The notes beneath the pieces were generated by a model that worked only from the letters and a program-made list of their open reading frames with translations, did no database searches and was not told the origin of the DNA. DNA of 64,000 bases from Eledone cirrhosa (Eukaryota): assembly GCA_964016885.1 (NCBI GenBank), contig OZ024753.1, forward strand, positions 42,904,001 through 42,968,000, in the 5' to 3' direction. The translations under genes and the position numbers were made by a program. Positions 15,498-28,560 of the stretch are shown here, in pieces; position 1 is the first letter of the stretch; every line of letters starts with the position of its first letter.

Positions 15498-15558
15498 AAT
15501 ATGTATTGAGTAACTTACTTACTGTGGTTACCCCCGATTGAACCCGGGATTCACACGC

Positions 15559-15589
<31 letters not shown>

Positions 15590-15654
15590 CGCACAGTTCG
15601 GATCTAGCTGTCGAAACGGCCGGAGCTCAGCCGTCGGGGTCCTGACACTTTTCC
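15498..15654. mobile_element. Family A, partial or rearranged copy
   Basis: Reverse complement of the distal extension, then (TA)n, then one arm TAGCTGTCGAAACGGCCGGAGCTCAGCCGTCGGGGTCC. Confidence 0.7.
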
Positions 15655-16328
15655 TATATATATCAATGATATTAATAAATGGAAACTATATTTATAAAAC
15701 TATATTTATTTTATTATATATATTTCAAGGGTACCAAAAAACTTTGGTACGCTCTCATCAGATAAAATACAAAATTTGTTTTATAAATAGCGACTTACCC
15801 AAGAAACCAGACCTTATCGGTTCAGGTTCCATTTGGATATATATATATATATATATTTACAACAGACACGTGTACCTTTCCTTAATACAATTCTTTGACA
15901 TACTCAGCGTGACACAATGTGTGCCATGACATAACTGGCCCTATTGAATTACAGGTACAGTCCATCTGACAAACTTGCCAAACAATATCCGTCTACCCCC
16001 AATTATACTCCCAAGACATGGTGGGGACCGATCAATGACCTTAATGAATGACATTAGCCCCTAGATGTCACGCAGTGAGATCAAACCCGGGCCCTGATGA
16101 TTGTGAAGCGAACTCTCTAACTTTTCAACCATGTTGCATTCACTGGTTGCTTCTCTAGCAAATGCAATCCCTGGAAATAATGGTTATTGATTGAATATTA
16201 AATAGCAACTAAATATCTTGGTTACATTCCTTTCTATTTTCAAATTAGCTGGAGTCTACTTTAGATGACAGCTAATATAAGAATCTAAATCTAACAAGAC
16301 AAGTATTCCAACTTTTAACATCACCTTC

Positions 16329-16399
<71 letters not shown>

Positions 16400-18324
16400 A
16401 TCCTGAACATACACACACACATTCACAGACATTACCATCATCTTGAACATACACACACATTCACACCGTCACACATGCACTACCATCATCCTGGACACAC
16501 ACACACATCATCATCTTGAACATACACACATATTCACACATCACACATCACACACACACATACACATGCATTACTATCATCCTGGACACGCACAGACAAA
16601 CACATCATCATCCTGAACATACACACACGTTCACACATTCACACATCACACACATACAGACATCACCATCATCCTGGACACACACACACATAGATACACA
16701 TTCAGAGACAGACATCAACATGACGCTGAACACACACACACACATACGCACGCACACGCACACATACACAAACTCACAGACTCAGTCACACACACACATA
16801 CGCACTCACAGACTCAGTCACACACACACACATACGCACACACACGCAAACTCACAGACTCAGTCACACACACACACAATCACACTCACACACCTTCGGA
16901 AAGATGTAATGAACGAAAGATTTAATAAAATATGGTTTGTTGTTCGTGGTAGCATTGGATTTCGGTTGGTTCCGAACAACGGAGCAGTCAGCTTGTGAGG
17001 TTTACTTGTAAGTGGTGTCTGAGCATTCCACAGACAAGTGCAACATTAGTGTAGTTCTCAGGGAGATTAAGTGTATCACTTGGCTAGCTCTTTAAATTAC
17101 AGGTATATCTCTGTTCAACTCATTCTTTTCAGTTTAACCCTTTAGTATTTAATCCGGCCAGGAGGGGCTCACCTCTTTCTGTTCAAACTAGCTATAACTG
17201 GCTGCTCATACTTATGTTGAGATATTGTCCTCAAACTATATATCAAAGTCTTATAGTTTTGATATTATGTGAGATAATTGTGTGAGGTAAAGCCTTTACC
17301 GTGAAAATACAATAGTAAATGTAGAGTAATGTAAATGTTAAAATAAAAGCAACGTGAAAATAAAATTGGTTTTTCTTGCTCAAAGAGACAACGCTCTACC
17401 AGGAATCGTACTCACGACCTTACGATTGTGAGCAGCACAACCTAATTACCTGCGATATAATAGCATTGACTGAGTGGTTAGAGAACTGGATTCGCAATCG
17501 TGAAGTTGTGAGTTCAATTCCCGGACCTGGTGATGTATTATGTCTTTGAGCAAGACACTTTATTTCTCTTTGCTCCTTCTGCCAAGTGATGTTTGCTGCG
17601 AAATTCCTGTTTAATGACAATCTCTATAGGCCCATCTGAATCTGGTGTGGATGAGGTTAATCAAGAATGTTCTAGATATGTACCATCAACTAGCTGCTCT
17701 TGCATATTTGTAGCTTTTAGGTTTCCCATTTGTCATGTTCTAATAAATAATCTTTTAAATGTAAATATTCCAGTCTTTTGTATATCGTGTGTATCAGATC
17801 TTACGGTGAATAGATGGCATTGGAAACGTATTAAGAAATATATTTTTATAAGCAATATATGTTCGTCTATAGATATTTAAATGTAAGATTCAAACTACTA
17901 GCGTTTGTAGTTAATCTTTCTATAGATATTCTAATACCAAGTTATTACAGCCAAATGACTGTCCTTATCTAATATTAAGTATACTAATAATAATAATGTT
18001 ACTATGTTGTGTGAAGAATTTCCACGTTTCAGTTCCGTTTGAAATTAAACATTTTAAGGCTGGAAGCAAATAGAATTATAGGTCATCTACCTCGTGTATA
18101 CATCTAATACATCTAAGTACATTTATTCATACAGACACATGCAAACACTTAACCTGTCCAGGTGCCTGGTGAATTGGTCACGAATTTGATTGCTCTTGCA
18201 ATCTGGGGAGACGGTCAAGACTGGACCTTGAAACCTTAGGTAGATCTGTCTCTCTCTCTCTCTCACACACACCACACATACACACGTATGATTATATATA
18301 TACATACAACTACACGCACCGACG

Positions 18325-18840
18325 GGGTCCAGGACTCTCTACCGATACTGCCAATCCACTGTCAAATATAATTGTTTCTACTTTAGGCACAAGGCCAGCA
18401 ATTACCCAGTGCATTACTGGTACTTTATTTTATCGACTCCGTAAGGATGAAAGGCAAAGTTAACCTTGGCGGGATTTGAACTCAGACCGTAAAGGGACGT
18501 AACTATGCTAGAAAGCATGGCGTCCAACCCTCTACCGATACTGCCAATTCACAGCCTGTCAAATATAATTGTTTCTACTTTTGGCACAAGGCCAGCAATT
18601 ATCCCAGTGTATTACTGGTACTTTATTTTATCGACCCTGTAAGGATGAAAGGCAAAGTCAACCTCGGCGGGATTTGAACTCAGAATGGCAAGGACCGTAA
18701 CTCTATGCGTCAAAGCATGGCGTCCGACCCTCTACCGATACTGCCAATCCACAGCCTGTCAAATATAATTGTTTCTACGTTAGGCACAAGGCCAGCAATT
18801 ACCCAGTGTATTACTGGTACTTTATTTTATCGACCCCGTC
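18325..18840 (-). mobile_element. Tandem copies of SINE family 2
   Basis: Repeated ...GGATGAAAGGCAAAGTTAACCTCGGCGGGATTTGAACTCAG... (B box GAGTTCAAATCC on the minus strand). Other copies at about 6580, 19930-20150, 20985, 23900-24230, 42380 (+) and 44640 (+). Confidence 0.8.
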
Positions 18841-19210
18841 AAATATAATATCAACTAAACATACAAGTAAAACAAAAGGAAATAAAACTAGCTCTCGATT
18901 CGTAGCAGATGTTGATAAAGATGAGAAAATAGCTATAAAAACTAAGAAACCCACCACCACCACAAAAAATAACAAAACCAAAAAGCTAAAAGAATTGTTC
19001 TGAAGATTTCTTACATGAGAAGAGCAAGAGTTTCTCTCACATTGTAACAGTGGGTTCAAACAAACAATAATTAACCAACAATTTCTTAATTGTATGTCAC
19101 ATTATCGAGCAATTACATAAATGGAAATGCTTAATTGATAAGTCAAAAGTAGACTCTATTATATAGCTTTCTTAACCACTTGTTGATGTTGTTATGGCTT
19201 CTTCTTTCTC

Positions 19211-19280
<70 letters not shown>

Positions 19281-20635
19281 CATACACATATAACTTTCTT
19301 AAGCAGTTGTTTCTTCTTTTTCTTGATATATATATATATATATATAACTTTCTTAAGCAGTCGTTGCTCTTCTCTTTATATATATTATATATATTATACT
19401 GTGCGGTATTATTCGAGTATCAATCTACACAGATAATTAGCAAAACAGTCTTTGCAATAGAAAAAGAAACCTAAATGCTTTATTAGCCAATGATCATCAA
19501 TAATATTTCTCTAATTCTTCTTCGTATTATTGTCACTTTCTTTTCTTTCATTGCTGTATAGACTGAATGATTTTCTTCTTAGTTGCCAGGGCATTTATCG
19601 TTTCCCCTTTTGTTTTTTTTTTCTTTCTTTTTCTTGCATGCCTGCATGGAAATTGTTTTTACATGGTTGACGGTAAGTCTATTTCCGTGTATCGCTTCAT
19701 ATTGTTGTTGTTGTTGTTGTATATTCTTGGAGTTATATTCTACCATATATTAAATGTTTCTCTATCTCAAAATCAATCCATCTGTTCTATATAAACATTT
19801 AATATGTAAGTAAGCTGATAATGTTTTATAATCTAGACACGAGGCCAGCAATTTGGTTGAGAGGTGGATTGTATCATCCTCTTATCTCAATATTAATCCC
19901 TCTATTCTATATAAACGAATGATTTAAGCACAAGTTGATTAAATCTACCCCAGTGTGTTACTGGTACTTTAATTTATCGATCCAGTAAAGATAGTAATAA
20001 TAATTGTTTCTACTTTTGGTACAAGGCCAGCAATTACCTCAGTGCATTACTGGTACTTTATTTTATCGACCCCGTAAGAATGAAAGGCAAAGTTAACCTC
20101 GGGGCGGGATTTGAACTCAGACCATAAAGGGCCATAACTCTATTCTGCAAAGATAGTAATAATAATTAAGATAAGACATGCAATTTAGTTGGGAGATTAT
20201 ATCAACCCCAAATATCAAATGTATCTCTTGTCTCACTTCCAATCCCTCCGTCCTATACATACATTCAATATGTTACTAATGCCATAATGATTTATAATCT
20301 TGGCACAATTCCAACAATTTGGGGGAAAGTCGACTTAAATGAGCCCAGGAATTGATTGGTTTTTGATTTTATCGAAGCCAGAAGAATAAAAAGCAAAGTT
20401 AACTCGGTTAAATTTTAACAATAAGATGAGGAAAGCCGCAACCTAGGTCAGGGGTATAAATTAAATCTATTTAGGGAAATGTCAGCCTCCACAGAAAAGA
20501 CGGGTGAGCTGTAACTAACAGCAGTAATTGCCATATTTTTAGACATGTTTCACTCATAAATGCAAACTATTTACGCTACATTACTTTCGCTATCGTCTGG
20601 TGTATATTTTCTGACTTTTCAAAAATATATTTTAT

Positions 20636-20917
20636 CAAGAAATGTCACCTCTCATGTTCATAATCTTCATGGACAGGATTTGCATGTGTAGCCGGATTGG
20701 AAGTAGTATCAAGACTGGCGGGTGTAAGATCAGTCGGTTGGAATTTTCAGATAACATGGTACTACATAACTCGTCAGCAGAATTTAATCTCCGACATGCA
20801 CTTAATAGGTTTGCTGCTAGAATGAAAATCAGTGCTGCGGAAACAACTGAGACACTCGTCCGCTTAAAAAAGCTGGTGCAGTGCACTCTACGTGTGAGGG
20901 GAGAAGTACTGAAATAG
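20636..20917 (+). mobile_element. Degenerate LINE (RTE-like) reverse transcriptase core fragment
   Basis: SPLMFIIFMDRI...KISRLEFSDNMVL matches the LSPLLF and FADD motifs in decayed form. Confidence 0.75.
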
Positions 20918-20945
20918 GTGTAAAAGTTTGTCTCTTGGGGCCATG

Positions 20946-20987
<42 letters not shown>

Positions 20988-21550
20988 AATTGTTTCTACT
21001 TTTGGCACAAGGCCAGGAATTACTCAGTACATTACTGGTACTTTATTTTATCGACCCCGTAAGGATACAAGGCAAAGTTAACCTCGGTGTTATATTGTAT
21101 TATAATAATACAAGGACGATTGGTTACACCTTCATTGGTTGGGTGAACTTACAGTAATTTCGTGTTACACTTCCTGGATATATGTAGGTATGTAATAATT
21201 TGGTAGAAGTATACAAGGGATAGAGAGCAAATCAAGTCCGTAGGGCAAGTTTTAATATAATTATTAAAGCCAGTTACTACAATGCAGGCATACTAGGAAC
21301 GTACGTCCCTGGTATGGCTCCATTCTAGTAACTTACCTTAATGATTATATATAAATAATTATAAGTGTGAAGAGCAAATAGACAAAAAAATACCTAATTT
21401 TTCTTCAAAGTCCCAACTGCTATATATATAGTAATATATATATAGTAATAAATATATAGTAATAAATATATATATATATATATATAGTAATAGTAATATA
21501 TATATATTAAGGGTGAAAGCAGCGATACTTTGCTTAAACTTTAATCTGTT

Positions 21551-21586
<36 letters not shown>

Positions 21587-22983
21587 TAATGGATTAAAGT
21601 TTAAGCAAAGAATCGCTGCTTTCACCCTTAATGGGATCTTCTGAAACTCAGAATCTGTTGTTTTAATAAATATTTGCTCTAGGGTTCTTATATATTTGAT
21701 ATATATTTATCTTTATCTAGCCCTCTTTGGATTTTAGTCTTCACATTTATTATTATTACTATAATCCTTATCGAGCCCTCTTCGGATTTTAGTCTTCATA
21801 TTTATTATTATTACTATATATATTAATATATATGTATATATATGTGTGTGTGTGCTGTAAAATTGTGTGTATAATCCTGACTTTGATTTGCACTTTTAAA
21901 TACGTTTCCTGTATTGGACTGCCATATTTAGTGATGTTTGTCTTTTTATATGAATTAAGTTTAAGGTTGTGCAATAGTAGTTAAAACAAATTATAATGAG
22001 TAAACATTTTCGCTCAAGTTCCTTCGATTAAATATGTTGATTTCTGTGAACACAGATTTTAAATTAAATTGCAGCTATGCTATAATGATTATTATTTTAA
22101 AATTTATTTTCCTCATTGATCTATTTTTTACTGCCAGCAAGTTTTTCAAATAACGAAATTCGGTTATAAGTTTTCATTGCTCGTACACAAACTTTAACGA
22201 GCGAATTAATTTGATTAACACTAACAAATTCAATCATTTTATTTTAAGTTCTGATTCCTATTTCTCTATTTATCTTGCTTCTCTCATTGAGATGTTTTTC
22301 AATATAATTTGATTAAGATATAATTAATTGAATATGTTACGCCTATGGAATTGGCATTCTTGGTTTTATTATTTATTTTAATTCAAATGTGTGTTATATT
22401 GTATTAGGGTAAGTCTAAAAAAGATTCTTTGTTATTAATATTTTAATATAATTTAGAATATAAAACATTTTGTAATAATCTTCAACGAAATCGTTTTGGG
22501 AAATATTTAAAGAAATAATCTGTATATTGTCTTCACGAAAACTCCTCTATGAAGACTTCATTATTTTTTAGTGCGGACATTTGTTGTTTCAGTCGCCATT
22601 TCATCTTTATAGTCTGCTTTTATGTGTTTAAAATTCCGATTGTTTTGTTTTGTTTTCTGTTTCTTGTGGAGGGTTATTTGTAATATTAAGACGTTTGTTT
22701 GGTTAGAAGGAAAATTAGTAAATTTCACGATGAATAAAACAGTTGATCAATGGAAAACATCTTCATTGGTTTAAAATATTACTGTTGAGACTTATTTAAA
22801 TATTGGTTATTCCATTGAAAATCATGTTTGGGAACAGACAATTACAGTTGAAATATGAGAAATAAAAGATTGGGGAAGAAAAATTATGAAATATTTCCTT
22901 TTCCAATGAGAGAAAAACCTTCAAAACAATATAACTATACTATATAAAGTGAAGGATCTGATTGTCAGATTGGACCAATGGAA

Positions 22984-23312
<329 letters not shown>

Positions 23313-24870
23313 TTATTTACATATATATACATATATATATATAATGTGTGTGTATTTCTCTAAGCTACTTTACAATAATAGTATTTCTCAATGAAACTCT
23401 GTCTCTCTCTCTGCCATAACATTCTTTTGAATAAATGTAATCTTACATTTGTTTATTCTCATTTCTTTCCCCGTCACTATTCCACCATTCCACCATTCCA
23501 GTATCCATGTTCATCTATTCCTACAATCCAATCTATAGAATTTATGACTCGTTGACTTATCCATCTTGAATTCGCGATTGCTGCTCTCTAAGATGGTTTC
23601 TTCGCAACTATCTTATCTTCTACACTATAATACACCTGTCGTTTATTAACATATAAATAGACAATTCCTTTACAGATTCCTCGCTGTCATTTATTTCTTC
23701 ATGTTTCATAGATTTCTTCTAGAATATGATTGATTCAGTATGATGTTGCATGGTTTGGTGGTTTAGTGGTTTATTGTGCTGTGCTCGGCTCATGATCCTA
23801 CAATCGTTGGTGCCAATAATGGTGGTATGTTGTGACCTCGAATTTTGAGGATGAAAGATAAAGCTAACCTCAGTGAGGTTTGAACTTACTTCTGCCACTT
23901 AATAATTGTTTCTACCTTTGGTACAAGGCCAGCAATTATCTCAGTGTATTACTGGTACTTTATCTTATCGACCCAGTAAGGATGAAAGGCAAAGTTAACC
24001 CTGGCGGGATTTGAACTCAGACCATAAAGGGCCGTAACTCTTTGCTGCAAAGCATGGTGTCCGACCCTTTACCGATACCGCCAATCCACTGTCAAATTAA
24101 TGGTCACTTATTTAGGCGAAAGGTCAACGATTTGGGAAGAGGTGAAAGTCGACTAAATCGACCCGAGTGTAATTATTTTAACGACCTCGTATGGATGAAA
24201 GGCAAAGCTAACCTCGGCGGGATTTGAACTCAGTTCTGCCATTTAATAACAAACTCAAAAGGAAGTCGTACTATCTATTTCATATATCCCTGAACCAGAC
24301 AACAACAAAATACAGTAATTTTCACCAAGATAAGACAAGCCGTTAAAAAAATAAAAGACTTTATATTTAGATAAAACAAATTTCCAAGACCATAGCAAAA
24401 ATATCTTATTTTATTTCATACAAAATCACACCTACCTCTAAAACGCCTATTATTAAAAACCTTGCAACTCGTGTGAAAATTCTTTTCTAGGAAACCTCTT
24501 TTAGAACATTTCCGAGAGAAAGGAATTATACAGTTTCTGTTAATGTTTTTAGATTGAAATCGTTAAACAATACAATTCAATATTTCTTCTGTAATGTCAT
24601 GTTCACGTTGCAAGTTTAGAGTGTAATCTCTCTCTCTATATATATATAGAGAGAGAGAGATATGGTTATGTATATGTGACGAAATATATATTTCCCGATC
24701 AATTGTTATATATATATATATACATATATGTTTATATATATGTATATATATATATATATATAACCATACACCCTTGGTATACTGTCTAGCTCTACACCTC
24801 GACACAGAAGTGAACCTAAACATCGAGTGCTCACCCGGGTGAACCTACAACAACTCCAAGTTACACTTCC

Positions 24871-24900
<30 letters not shown>

Positions 24901-24902
<2 letters not shown>

Positions 24903-25089
24903 ACGAAGGAAATGTGGTAAGGAACCAGGTGGACCATAACGCATCAAAGTACTCAATACTTGGGGCTAGTAGAGTGGGTGTTAGGAACCAGTAAGACCCC
25001 GACAGCTGAGCTCAAGCCGTTTCGACGTCTAATTCGCGAGAATTAGCCGTCGAAACGGCTTGAGCTCAGCTGTCGGGGTCTTACTGGTT

Positions 25090-25093
<4 letters not shown>
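24901..25093 (-). mobile_element. Family A copy, opposite orientation
   Basis: Palindrome at about 24982-25093 with the extension on the left, (TA)n on both sides. Confidence 0.8.
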
Positions 25094-25145
<52 letters not shown>

Positions 25146-25687
25146 TGTGTGTGTAGCTGTCTCAGTGGCATAGCGGTAGGGACTTGAGATGGTGGAGATC
25201 CTGACCTTGGGTTCAATCCTGGTCAAGAGGTAATGTAATCTTTCAAGGGCGGTGCCCCAGCATGGCCTCAGCCGGATGGCTGGAACAGGTAAAAGAGTAT
25301 ATATATATATATATAAATATAATGTGTGTGTAGGTAGCGTGTTGGCCGAATGGCTTCGTCTTGCTGTGTGCCATCTTGGTCTAGTGTCATTTCCCACGGA
25401 CTCTGGTTGATCTAAGCTACGTGAGTGAAATCCGATAGACAGATTTCGCTAGAAGATCTGTCGGATTCCAACCTTGCAACACACGTGTGTCAAGCTGAAC
25501 CTACTTGAGAATTATGTTACAGGCACACGTGCCCGGGGAATACTCATCCACGAGCAGGGTGTTCGATTGATCGAACAACTGGAGCAATCATCGTCGAAAC
25601 CAATGGAGGACCACTCTGATATGTGTGTGTGAGGACTCATACATTTCCCGATGACATTGGACCTGAGAGTGTATATATGTATGTGCC

Positions 25688-25740
<53 letters not shown>

Positions 25741-25743
<3 letters not shown>

Positions 25744-25947
25744 AAAATGTTCAAGACGCCGACGGCAGAGCTCAAGCCGTTTCGACGGCTATTTCTGGAC
25801 TAAATTAGATTTTTAGGCTAAAAATCTAATTTAGTCCAGAAATAGCCGTCGGGGTCTTGAACAGTTTCCTATTACCCACTCTACTACCCTAAGTATTGAG
25901 TACTCTGGTGCGTTATGATCCACCTGGGCCTTACCACACTTCCTTCG

Positions 25948-25950
<3 letters not shown>
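25741..25950 (+). mobile_element. Family A copy with a longer centre and a deletion in the right arm
   Basis: The right arm has lost the segment between two GCCGTC direct repeats. (TA)n on both sides. Confidence 0.8.
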
Positions 25951-25989
<39 letters not shown>

Positions 25990-26200
25990 CGTTTCTGAAT
26001 TTGTTTAGCAAGATTCTTTATCTGAAATCGTGTGTTGAAACCGATATTGTTATACTTTGGGAGGGTCATGTTACCAATAAGAAACACACGCACCAGTGCT
26101 TTCACTTCAATTTATTATATATTTATAAATTTACAAATTTATAAATTTATAAATTTCTGGTTGGTTGGTTGGTTCCACAACCAGATAGTTGTTTATATAT

Positions 26201-26245
26201 AGTCATAGTCCTTTCGTCACACACTCTGTGACCTCTTCAGTGACT
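26201..26245 (-). ncRNA. Mirror copy of the minimal hammerhead motif, left arm
   Basis: Exact reverse complement of 26373-26417. Confidence 0.75.
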
Positions 26246-26372
26246 GGGGATTCCTTTCTTTGTTTCTGTACCTCTCCTTTCTCCGTCCTACGCCATTTTG
26301 TTTCACACACACAGAAACAAAATGGCGTAGGACGGAGAAAGGAGAGGTACAGAAACAAAGAAAGGAATCCCC

Positions 26373-26417
26373 AGTCACTGAAGAGGTCACAGAGTGTGTG
26401 ACGAAAGGACTATGACT
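26373..26417 (+). ncRNA. Minimal hammerhead ribozyme motif, right arm of a long palindrome
   Basis: AGTCA-CTGAAGA-G-GTCACA-gagtg-TGTGAC-GAAA-GGAC-TA^TGACT. Helix I 5 bp, helix II 6 bp, one extra nucleotide after A9, helix III 1 bp. Confidence 0.75.
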
Positions 26418-26585
26418 ATATATATAAACAACTATCTGGTTGTGGAACCAACCAACCAACCAGAAATTTATAAATTTATAAATTTGTAAATTTATAAATA
26501 TATAATAAATTGAAGTGAAAGCGACTGGTGCGTGTGTTTCTTATTGGCAACATGACCCTCCCAAAGTATAACAATATATATATAT

Positions 26586-26792
26586 AGGAAAATGTTTAAC
26601 CTCCGACGGCAGAGCTCAAGCCGTTTCGACGGCTATTTCAGTCCAGTCTATTTCTGGACTGAAATAGCCGTCGAAACGGCTTGAGCTCTGCCGTCGGAGG
26701 TTAAACATGTTCCTATTACCCACTCTACTACTCTAAGTATTGAGTACGCTGGTGCATTATGGTCCACCTGGTTCCCTACCACACTTCCTTCG

Positions 26793-26795
<3 letters not shown>
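26586..26795 (+). mobile_element. Family A copy
   Basis: Palindrome at about 26586-26714 plus the extension, flanked by (TA)n. Confidence 0.8.
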
Positions 26796-26845
<50 letters not shown>

Positions 26846-27180
26846 GTTATATGAAATATATTTGCCAGTCACGTATACACGTTATTTTTATATCGATTTC
26901 TACTCTTGCTAGGTTTTCAATAATGGGGGGAAAAACACGTGACATTGTCAACATCGAACAAAGATGATGATAATGTTTCCTGGTTAATTTACATACAATG
27001 ATGTGAAAATCAAGAATATGCATGTGTATATTATATACACACTATTATATGTGGTGCATATACACACTATTATATGTGTATATACACAACGAAAACCGAG
27101 TCTTAACCTGCGTTCGATATATCGACACGTGTTGCATTTCGTGAAACGATTACTTCAATATACATACATATATATATATG

Positions 27181-27233
<53 letters not shown>

Positions 27234-27791
27234 GTGTGTGTATATATATAAAGGGAGAGAGAAAGCTACACATATACATACATTCATACACAAAGCATTG
27301 TATATTGTTTAACATGTGGTGTAAGTAAATAATAATTACGTTTGTTTAACAGAAGCACTTAAATTGATTTATTTGTTCATTTCGCAAATAAATTTACATA
27401 AAGTGAAGGTGTAATTAATGAGTAAGGCGTAATTAATTAACATTATCATTTCAGGATTTAATTTATGCAAATATTGATGTAATTATGAAATCTTTGTTTG
27501 GTTTCTTCTCGACGATTTTTTTTAAATGCTTCCTATTAAATAGAACTTTTATAAGCCTTGTTGAAACTGAACTACGATATAAAAGCTTCATATGTGAACC
27601 TGTGAAAACATGTTTAGTGGTGTTCTGGCAAACAATCGTAAATCGTAGGGTCGTGTGTTCAATTCTATGCAGAGCGGTGTGTTCTTAAGCAAGACACTTT
27701 ATTTCCCATTGCTCTAGTTTTATCATCGAAGTTATTGGTCTTGGAGGTGGTTTTATTCTCCACCTCGTTTTATGATCGAAGTTATTGGTCT

Positions 27792-28240
27792 AAAAACATC
27801 TGACTGATGAAATGTCAAGTCAGTCAATCATATTGGTGGCCCACCCACAGCCCCGGCGGACAGAATGGAGAAGGCGTTTCCTCGGAGGACGGCAAGGGAG
27901 ACGCGCTGGAAAAGCCATTCCAGCTCACGAGGCTCACACCTGCGGCTGGCCAGCTCAGTGCATATGGTGGTGAGTAGGGAGGTAGCCCTAGGGCCGAGGA
28001 CACAAGAAGTTTCCACTGCTAGGGGTAGCTAGCTCAGCGCCTATGGTGGTGAGTAGGGAGGTAGCCCTAGGGCCGAGGACACCAGAAGTCTCCATTGCCA
28101 GTGGTACAACCGCAAACCTGTCGGAGAGCGACCGGTAGAGCGACCGAAGAGTTTGGCCTCCTCAGCCTGAAGTGCAGCAGAACCTGGGTTGGTCGCAGAC
28201 TGCACCAGGTCGCAGACTGCACCAGGTTGCAGCTGGAGAT
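27792..28240 (-). mobile_element. 5'-truncated non-LTR element with a restriction-like endonuclease C-terminus (CRE-clade-like)
   Basis: VPLAMETSGVLGPRA...EPRELEWLFQRVSLAVLRGNAFSIL, with an internal duplication. 12 bp TSD AGTTATTGGTCT at 27780-27791 and 28241-28252. Confidence 0.75.
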
Positions 28241-28391
28241 AGTTATTGGTCTTGGAGATGGTTTTATTTCCTACCTCGATTCATCATCAGAGTTATTGAC
28301 CATGGCTGTGGTTTCACATCAATCTAGTATGATACTCTCTAACCATAATTCTACTTTTGATATCAACATTCTTCTCAATTTCTATTAATTT

Positions 28392-28560
28392 TTTCTTTCC
28401 TTCTCGCAACAGTTTCTTTCCTTCTCGCAACAGTTTCTTTCCTTCTCGCAACAGTTTCTTTCTTTCTCGCAACAGTTTCTTTCTTTCTCGCAACAGTTTC
28501 TTTCTTTCTCGCAACAGTTTCTTTCTTTCTCGCAACAGTTTCTTTCTTTCTCGCAACAGT
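28392..28560. repeat. 21 bp minisatellite, 8 copies
   Basis: Unit TTTCTTTC(C/T)TTCTCGCAACAG. Confidence 0.95.

Larger units (their letters stand above)
25987..26577. mobile_element. Long fold-back element (palindrome 26044-26577, ~260 bp arms) with two hammerheads
   Basis: Near-perfect arms around an ACACACACA loop (26305-26313), (TA)n on both sides. Confidence 0.85.

Noticed and set aside
18996-19030. CTGAAGA followed by a hairpin
   Set aside because: It is followed by GAGC rather than GAAA, and helices I and III are absent.
22345-22414. Hydrophobic ORF before a GTAAGT (signal peptide or TM exon?)
   Set aside because: The signal-like frame stops (TAG) before the donor, the other frame is phase-incompatible with the exon at 32044, and no convincing acceptor is present.
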